Assembly (NCBI GenBank): GCA_963693095.2 | Contig: OY843768.1 | Span: 1,504,001 to 1,568,000, forward strand | Source of the DNA: Cenarchaeum sp. | Lineage (GTDB): Archaea > Thermoproteota > Nitrososphaeria > Nitrososphaerales > Nitrosopumilaceae | DNA length: 64,000 nt | Reading direction: 5' to 3' | Shown: positions 50,601 to 59,600 of the stretch, one piece after another | Numbering within the stretch: position 1 is the first letter of the stretch | How the letters are laid out: every line of letters starts with the position of its first letter | Program-made: the position numbers and the translations under genes | Notes under the pieces: model-generated | What the model was told of the DNA's origin: nothing | What the model saw: the letters and a program-made list of their open reading frames with translations, nothing else | Databases searched by the model: none

Positions 50601-53600
50601 CGCGGCGACGGGCTCCCTGGCGCCGCCGACCGGCGTGCGCCAGACCTCCACGCCGTCGAGTATGCCGGGGCCGTCCGCCACGGCCGGATCCTCGGTGAGG
50701 AACAGCGTGTTCGGGCCGGTTTCCCTCGGGGCCTCCGACATGGCCGGCGGCATGCCGTCGGTGACTGCGAGCGTGGGCGGGACGGCTATGTTCCTGGAGA
50801 GCGGCGCGTTCGTGCCCAAGACGGCGTCGTTGGCGCGCAGTATGCCCGAGGACGCCGCGGTCGAGACCCAGGTGACCTCGAACCTGCCCAATGCTGACCA
50901 CACGTCATAAGTCGCCGTCGGGAAGCCCACGTGCCCCGTCGGCTCGATCGTGAGCGAGTCAGAGCCGGGGCCGACCGAGATGCCCCTGGCGGTGTACGAG
51001 ATGCACGCGTTGGGCACCGAGCAGTCCTGGCCAAACGTGGTGCGCGTGTGTCCTGCCTGGGCGGCCGGGGTGGTGCGCAGCGCGATGTCCTCCCCAAAGG
51101 AGACGACTATGCGGTCCGCCCTTATGCCGAATGCACTAGTGGTCGCCGTGTACGCCGTGATCTCGACGTGGTCGTTCCGGTCTGCAAGGTACGCGCACCC
51201 CTTGTAGGAGTCCTGCGTGTTGGGAACAGACGGCGAGGAGTCTGGGTCGTATATCGCGTGGAGGCGCGAGGCCGTCGAGGAGAGCGCGTCGTGCACGATG
51301 ACGACGCCGGCGCCAGAGCGCACGGAGACGACGCCGAGGAGAGCCCTCGGCGTTCCGGCGCCGGCCACCCTCTCGCACGACCCGTCCACGTCGCTGGCCG
51401 CCCCCTCGATGAGCTCCCACTCCGAGGTGTCCTGCGTCGGCGTAGTCGTCGCGCGGTCCCCAAAGTTCGGCTCAAAGTTGACCACCGAGATCTGCGCCGT
51501 GCCTGCTGCAAGGCCGGCTAGCGCGCCGGATATGGAGGAGAGCGAGGCAAACTCGGCGTCGCTCTCCAGGACCGACACGGAGGCGCGCGCGAGGGAGGCC
51601 TCGGCGGTGCCTGCCCACGAGTTGTGGGCAACATAGCCGACGTCGCCGGATGTGCGTATCGTGAAGGGAATGCGGTTTGCCGCCATGATTGGCCCGCCGG
51701 CCACAGTGTTGCCCCCCACGTCATGAATCGTGTCTGGTGGGATCGTTATCGTGTATATGTCACCGGTGACAAAGGCGAGTGTTGACGGTATAGTCATTGT
51801 GGCCGTGCTGTCCCCGTCTACGTGCGTGACGGCAACGCTGGGCGTGGCAGTTGCGCCTGACTTTGAGAGGGCCATTGTTGGAGGAACGCCGTACACGGGA
51901 TCGCCAAAGTCGATCGTTATCTCGTTGTTCACAACTGACAGCGACGCACTCGGTGATGGCGGAACCGTCAGGTCAAACGTGACGGCCTGCGCGAGGTCGG
52001 CCGCAGACGCAGTCACTTCGTTGGCTCCGCCGTCTGCTGCGCTGAGCGCAAACGCAAGTGTCGTGGGATCCGTGGCAGTCACCGTGTGCGTGGCCGACCA
52101 TGCCTCCCTATAGCCGCCGGAGACCCAGCGCATCAGAGTCGGCGTATCCCCAAAGAAGCCCAATGTTGGCGCATTGTCCCCGTAGCCGGCCGCCTCAGAA
52201 AGGGTCGCCGTTATCACAATGTCGCTGCCGATGCCGGCCGTGAGCGCGTTGGCTCCCGTGCGTTCCACCTTGTCCGTCACGCCGTCGGTCGGATCGTCCC
52301 AGAGGACGCGTGCCGAGACGGTCAGGGTCGGCACCGTCGAGTCGGCCGGAAGGTCAGCGTCCGCATACGCGCCGGTGTTGCTTCCAAGAATCGCAGACGT
52401 CATCGAGTCCGACGATCCGCTCCGGATGAGCTCAAGGAAGTCGGCAAGTCTGTCACCAGACGCATAGTCGGTAAAGTCGACGGCGTAGCGAACCAAGAGG
52501 CCGTCGGCATCTGCGGGCAGCGCGCTGCCCTCCGGAAGCGTGAGCGTGAGGATGCGCCCGTCAGGTGACAGGTCTGGCGACGCGCCGTTGAGGCGCAGCG
52601 GGTGCGCGTCGAGCGTCTCGGCGTCCACGGCACTCGCATTGGGCTCGACGACTGGCACGAGCGTGGAGGGCGTCTCGTCGATCCACCAGTTGTCACCGCT
52701 GAGCGCACTCACGCCAGGGCGCAGCGCGAGCGGCTCGCTGAACTTTACTATCACCTGCGTTGGCGAGGCAATGTATGCCGTGAACACTGGCCGCCCGTGC
52801 TCAAAGGCTCTCGTGAACGGGTATGCGACATAGCTGCCAAGAGTGCCGGCTGCCTCCGGATCCAGCGTGATGCGGTACTCGCCTGTGGCCGACTCGCCAG
52901 AGTTGTATGCAAAGTCGACACTCGCCGCGGATCTCGCGCGCTCGGAGACCGGAATGGTCTCGCCAGACGGCGAGCGCAGCGTGACGTCATCATCAAGGCT
53001 GAGCTCCGATATGGGCGAGGCGTCCGGAAAGGCCAGCTGGCGAACCGGTCCGGCTATGGTCAGCGGTGTGGTCAGGACGCCAAACGGGGCGGTTCTGTCG
53101 ATCGTGACTGCCGGGGCCGTGACAGTCTGGCTTGCAGTCGTTGCGGCGCCGTTGGCGTCCATAATTCCGGCGCCCAAGACCACAGAGTGGGCAGTTCCCG
53201 ACTCTACGGCATCAACGCTGAGCGTAAAGGCCGCGGGGTTGTCGGCGTTGTGCCTCACCTGCGCGACTGTGGCGGTCCCGCCGGCAGGCGTGACGCTGAT
53301 CGTCTCGCCGAGCGCATCGTAGGCCATCGCCTCGTCAAAGACTAGCGTGAACTCGTCTGGCGCCGAGACGTAAAACCCGCCCGTGGAGAGAACCGCAGGC
53401 GGCGACGCGTCGTACGTGGCAGTGACCGTGACCGCAACTGAGGACTGCGTGCCGGTTCGCGCGGCCACCGAGGGCACAACCACCGTGGCGACTGTGCCTT
53501 CGACGATTTCCATCTCGGCTGTAAATGACCGGACCACTGTCGTGTACGGATCGAACAGTGTGACGGTGCCGCTTCTGTACGCCGACGGTATCGACACGCT

Positions 53601-56600
53601 ATACTGGGCCTCCACCGCCGAGTTTGCGAGTGGCTCGCTAAAGTGTATCCTGATGGTCGACGCGCTTCCAAACGTGACGCGAACGAGCTTTGGCACGACA
53701 CCGTCAGTGGCGGTGATCGCAGGTGACGTGGCCATGAGGTGGCCGGCGTCACCGAGGAGGAGCGCGGTGCCGTCGTACGCCACAGTCGGAGTCGACGCCG
53801 TCGACCGGAGGCGCTCGTGCGTCAGCGTTGCGGACATGCCGTCGGCGGCGAGCGCGAATCCCGTGACGCGCCTAGTGTCGTCAGTTGTGCTGACGCTGTC
53901 GGGATCCGTCATGGTCCACCCCGTGATCCCCACTGTTCCGCGCACTGCCGCGCTGAACGTGACAGTCGTCGTCGTCAGCGACGACGTTTCCGCGCCGGTG
54001 ACAGTTGGCGCCGGTTCATACGTGGCAGTTTGCGAGCTGGCCGACGCGGCGTTGTCTGCCCTGTCGAGGAACGAGTTGGAAGGTATTGCGACTGTGTGCA
54101 CGACTCCCGCACTAGCCGACGATGCGAGGTTGATCCGAATGGCCGACGAGCCGACAGTGTGTGACGTGGACGGCGACGTTGCCGTGCCGCCTGCCGGAGT
54201 CACCGAGATCGTCGAAGGCGCCGCATAGATCTGCTCACTGAACCGGATTATGAGCGTGTCGGCGTCCTCAAAGGCCGTTTCAAGGTGCGCCGGTGCCGTC
54301 GTGTCCACCGTCGCGCCGCCAGACGTGATGTCATCTTCTGAGGCCGTACTTGTGGCCTGCGCGTTCTTTGTGGTCAGCGTGAACGTGACGGGACCCTCGG
54401 TGCTGCTAGCATCCACCATATGATCTGATGTCCATTGCGTGCGCGCAGGCGGCGCAGGTGAGCCGACGGTCACCTCGGCCATGTTAGAGGCCGATCCGCC
54501 AAGAATGGCAATTGTGGGCACGTTGGCCGCACCAGCCGGAGCCGCAGTGGCAAGTGTCGCAGTGACGCGTATGAGATCACCGACCCTCGCAAGCTCGGCA
54601 CGGCTGCCCATGCGCACAGTTGGATTGACAACAGAGTCATCGGTGTCATCGCGCAGGACCGTCACCTCCAGCGAGGCGAGCGCCGGTGCGCTCTGCGAGT
54701 ATCTTGCGGTGATCTGTGCGCCAGGCTCCACGGCGTTTGCCGACGTTGATCTGTCGCGAACGACGTTGGTCGTATCAGGTGTCGCGGGGGCAGGAACCGT
54801 GAACGCGTATCCCAGGTTCAGCTGTGCACCTGTGACAGTCAGGGCCACCACGTGGGGCGCCGGGCCCTCTGCGGCAGACGTTATGGAAAGACTCCCCGTT
54901 GTGGTCCAGCCCGATGACGGTGTCGTGACGGGCTCGCTGAACGTCACGTGAACCGTCGTCGCGCTGAGGAACTCTGCCTGCAGAATCGACGGCGCTATTC
55001 TGTCAGCGATGGTCGCCGGGCTCGCAGGCGCGGTGGCGGCAACTGTAAAGGAGAACGCGTCAGTTATGCGTGTGCCCGAGTAGGCCAGCGTGGCCGTGGG
55101 GTTCGCCGAGGAGAGGCTCTCGTGCGCAACTGTGAACACGCGTGTCGCACCAGTCGCGGCGATCGTCACCGGAGCACCAGGCGTGGCCGTGACTGTCATG
55201 CCGTTGGCGTCGATATAGGACATTGCCGTGATGGCCCGTGAAACGGCCCGCATGGGACCGGCCGCGCCGTCAGGATCGTCGCGGATCGCCCAGTCTGACG
55301 TGTCGAGCGTGCCGTGAACCGGCTCGGAGAACTCGATCGCCGTTGTTCCCAGGGACGTTGCGCCCGCCGTGAACGTGGGTCGTGTCGTGTCCATCGTCGC
55401 CATCTCGACGTCGGCCTCATGTGCGAGTCCCGCACTGTCCGTTATCGTGCTGGCCAGGCGCAGGCTGTACACCCCGTCAGCGACTGGCGAGGCCAACGAC
55501 AGCGTGATCACCGTTGAGGCAGTCTGTGGGTTCGCCGCACTCACGGTTCCCGCAGGCTGCGTGTTCTCCGAGTTGTACAGGGCGAACGCCGCAAGGCGCT
55601 CGGCAGGATCCGACGGCAGGCTGACTGCCTCGCTGAACGCAACGGTGATCGTCGAGGCGTCAGTGAACGAGATCGACGTGGCGCGCGGGCGGATCCCGTC
55701 GGTGGCTGCCATCTCGTCGTCATCGGCCAGCACGTTGCCGTCAGCTGCCGAGACCAGGCGGCCGGCTGCATCCCCGCGCGTGTACGAGGCCAGCGGCGTT
55801 GTTCCCGTGTCCGGAAGGTTTGCGTGCGAGAGGACCACCGTTGAGCCAGAGACGGCCGCGCCGGTCACCATCTGCATTGTCGAGACCCCGTTGACGCTCC
55901 AAGAGACGCCCCAGTGGCCCGCAATCTCGCCTGCAGTCGGTGAGCCCTGCACTGCGGCGGCCTCAGACAGCGTAACTACAGTCTCGTGCGTGTATGTCCC
56001 GTCGCCATTGTCAGTCTCCCTCGTGGCCACCGAGACGATTTCCGGACCGGCACCGTCGGCCAGGGGCGCACTAGCCACCGACGCGAGCGGCTTTGAGGCA
56101 GTGTCGAGTATTCGACCGGCAACGTTTGTGCCGGGATCCGTGTACGCAAGCGTCGCGCCCACTGCTGCAGTGGGCAGCGAGTCGGCCGCGAATGTCAGCG
56201 TGAGGATCAGGTCATCAACGCTGGCGTCAATTGGCGTGTGGGCCACGCCACCGATGGTAGCCCTCCACGGGGCTCCGCGCTGGGCTGCGGTGGGTTCCCC
56301 GCCAAAGACGACATCCTCGCTCATCGTCACCTCGATCACGCTAGCCGACGTCGTCCTGGCCGACGAGATCATCGGCGATATGGTGTCATGAAAGAACCGT
56401 GCAGTCGGCGAGGCGTTTGACCCCATGTCGGTAAACCCTGCCGGCGGTCTGATCGTGTACTCGACACCCTCGGCGAGCCCCGTGACATCCAGGGTCACTA
56501 TAGAGTCCGTGGAGCCATACATTACGGATGTAAACTCTGGAGAGCCCCTAGAGCCGGTGATCGACCAGCCCACAAATGATGCAGTCATTGGCTCGCTGAA

Positions 56601-59600
56601 TTGCAAAAGTATGCGCGTTGGGGTGGTAAACGTGACAAGCAAGACCGTCGGCGCCACGCCGTCGGCGGCCTCGGGATGCGGGACAGATGTGGAGAGCAGT
56701 GGGACGTCCGCATCAGACGCAAAGGCTGACGCGTCGGCTCCCGTGCTGAGGCGCGCCTCGCGCGAGCTCGAGTGCCTGACCTCGGGCACCGAGGCCGGAG
56801 AGGAGAGGGCCTCGTGGACTAGCGTGAGGCGCGGCGGGGACGGCGCGATGATGCTTGTGTGCGTGTAGGAGGCCACCGGTTCGGCGGTGCCTGCCCCGAC
56901 TCCCGTGACGGCCCTCGTGACGTCGGCTCCGTCAACGCGCTCGACGAGGGACCATTCGGACGCCAGCGTCGAGCCGCCCCAGAGCGCCAGGGATCCGCCG
57001 AGGTCGACTGTCGTGCGCGTCGAGGAGACGGTTCGCGCGGTAGAGACGTACATCCCGTCCTCGTACGTCGCCGTCGTGGCCGCCGGCGGTACGGCAAACG
57101 GGTTGCCGGCGGCGTCCCTCACGTCGCGGAGCTCGAGATCGTATTCGTCGCCGTCAGATGCGCTCGGCACGGTGACGGCGATGGCCCTCGAGTGGGCTGA
57201 CTGCGCGGCCGGTGCGTCAGCCGCACGCGCGCTCTCCCCAGGCGGCGTCACGCTGGCCGTGGGCAGGACAGAGACCGGCTCGGAGAACCCCACGAGGACC
57301 GTCGTCGGGCCGGCAAAACGCGCCCCCGTGAGGGTCGGCGCGATGCCGTCGTGGACCGGCACGGGACCGGCCGATGCCATCGGCTCGCCGGCGATAGTCA
57401 CGCCGCCGGAGCGCGGTGCCGAGTACGACAGGGTCGAGGACGGCGCGAGGCCGTCAAGGATGGCCGAGGCGGGCAGGTGGAGCGTGATTGCGCCGGAGGC
57501 CGGCACGGTGACAGAGCCGGCCGCAGGTGCCGTTCCGGGAACCGAGACGGACGCAGGCGCGCCGCCGCCGACGGACCAGTCGGCCGCCGACGTCGTCCCG
57601 CCGGCGGTGCCGCCGTGCAGCGAGACCTCGACTGTGCCGGGGGCCGTCGCGCGCGCGGTGAATGGCAGGCCCGAGACGGTCTGCGCCTCGAGGAGCAGGC
57701 CGCTGGAGCCCAGGCGGCCGTCGAGCTTGCCAAAGCCGGCCGGAGCGGGCGGGACGTACTCGACGGTCAGCGCCGAGGACGACGAGACCGGCGCGTGGGA
57801 GAGCGCGATGTGGTCGGCGACGACGACGGCGACGTCTGCCAGGCCGCCGGCCGTCGCGTCGGGCGCCGGCGTGGTGCGGCCTGATGAGACGCCGACGGCT
57901 CGGACCCTGGGCTCGCCTGCCCCCTCGCCGGAGACGAACCAGTGGCCCGCCCTGGTGGTGCCCGAGACCGGCTCGCTCAGGACCACGACTGTCCTGGACC
58001 GCCCCTCGCGCTCGACGGAGGCGATGGCCGGCTTTACCGAGACGTTGCCCTCCGAGTCGGCCAGGCCGACCAGCTCGACGTGGTCCGTCGCGGCCAGCGG
58101 CGGCGTGGCCGTGAGCGAGAACGCGTAGGAGAATGACCCCGGAGTCGAGATGCGCGAGGTGCCGGACACGGCGACGGGCTCCCTGGCGCCGCCGACCGGC
58201 GTGCGCCAGACATCCACGCCTTCGAGTATGCCGGGGCCGTCCGCCACGGCCGGCTCATCGGCGAGGATCAGCGTGTTCGGGCCGGTTTCCCTCGGGAAAT
58301 CCGACACGGCCGGCGGCAGGCCGTCGGTGACTGCTAGCGTGGGCGGGACGGCTATGTTCCTGGAGAGCGGCGCGTTCGTGCCCAAGACTGCGTCGTTGGC
58401 GCGCAGTATGCCCGAGGACGCCGAGTTCGAGACCCAGGTGACCTCAAACCTGCCCGATGTGGACCACACGTCAAAAGGCGCCGTCGGGAAGCCCGTGTGC
58501 CCAACCGGCTCGATCGTGAGCGAGTCAGAGCCGGGGCCGACCGAGATGCCCATGGCGGTACGCGAGATGCACGCGTTGGGCAGCGAGCAGTCCTGGCCAA
58601 ACGTGGTGCGCGTGGCTCGTGCCTGGGCGTCCGGAGTGGTGCGCAGCGCGATGTCCTCACTAAAGGAGACGACGATGCGGTCCGCTGTTATGCCGAGTGC
58701 ACTAGTTGCCGCCGTGTACGCCGTGATCTCTACGTGGTCGTTCCGGTCCGCGAGGTACGCGCACCCCTTGTAGGAGTCCTGTGTGCCGGGAACGGACGGC
58801 GAGGAGTCTGGGTCGTATATCGCGTGGAGGCGCGAGGCCGTCGATGATAGCGCGTCGTGCACGATGACGACACCGGAGCCAGAACGCACGGAGACGACGC
58901 CGAGGAGATCCCTCGGCGTTCCGGCGCCGGCCACCCTCTCGCACGACCCGTCCACGTCGCCGGCCGCCCCCTCGATGAGCTCCCACTCCGAGGTGTCCTG
59001 CGTCGGCGCAGTAGTCGCACGGTCCCCAAAGTTCGGCTCAAAGTTGACCACCGAGATCTGCGCCGTGCCGGCTGCAAGGCCGGCTAGCGCGCCGGATATG
59101 GAGGAGAGCGAGGCAAACTCGGCGTCGCTCTCCAGGACCGACACGGAGGCGCGCGCGAGGGAGGCCTCGGCGGTGCCGACCCACGAGTTGTGGGCAACAT
59201 AGCCGACGTCGCCGGACGTGCGTATCGTGACGGCAGCTCCGTCCGTGGTCTGTGCATACGCCACAGGACTCGCTGCCAGAATCGGGTTCTCCTCCAGATA
59301 ATCCAGAATATCGGCAAATAGCTGATCCGCAGGGGAGTCAGGATCAACTGGCGGGGATTCCATAGAGACTGTTGCCTTGCCGATGGCTGCGTTGCCCGGC
59401 ACCCCCTCCCACGCGTACCACAAGCTGACTGGAAACGGCACGCCTGCTGTGATGGTCTCTGGCGTCTCGCTGTGGGTTCCCATTGGCCACTGGCACTCAA
59501 GGTCGCATGGTATTTCCGGAGGCGTCGCGTGGGCCATCGTAGCCGAGCCGGACACGGCCAGCACGGCGGCCACAATGAGCGCGAGCGCCAGTGTTCTGAC

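Noticed and set aside
42913-59202. Long plus-strand ORFs (e.g. 45505-47388, 56887-58128, 42913-43959)
   Set aside because: Antisense shadows of the GC-rich giant gene; no family motifs or promoters.
49091-59230. Diversity-generating retroelement TR/VR pair
   Set aside because: The repeat is 2.6 kb and fully coding in both copies, the differences are not restricted to adenines, and no reverse transcriptase is in the window.
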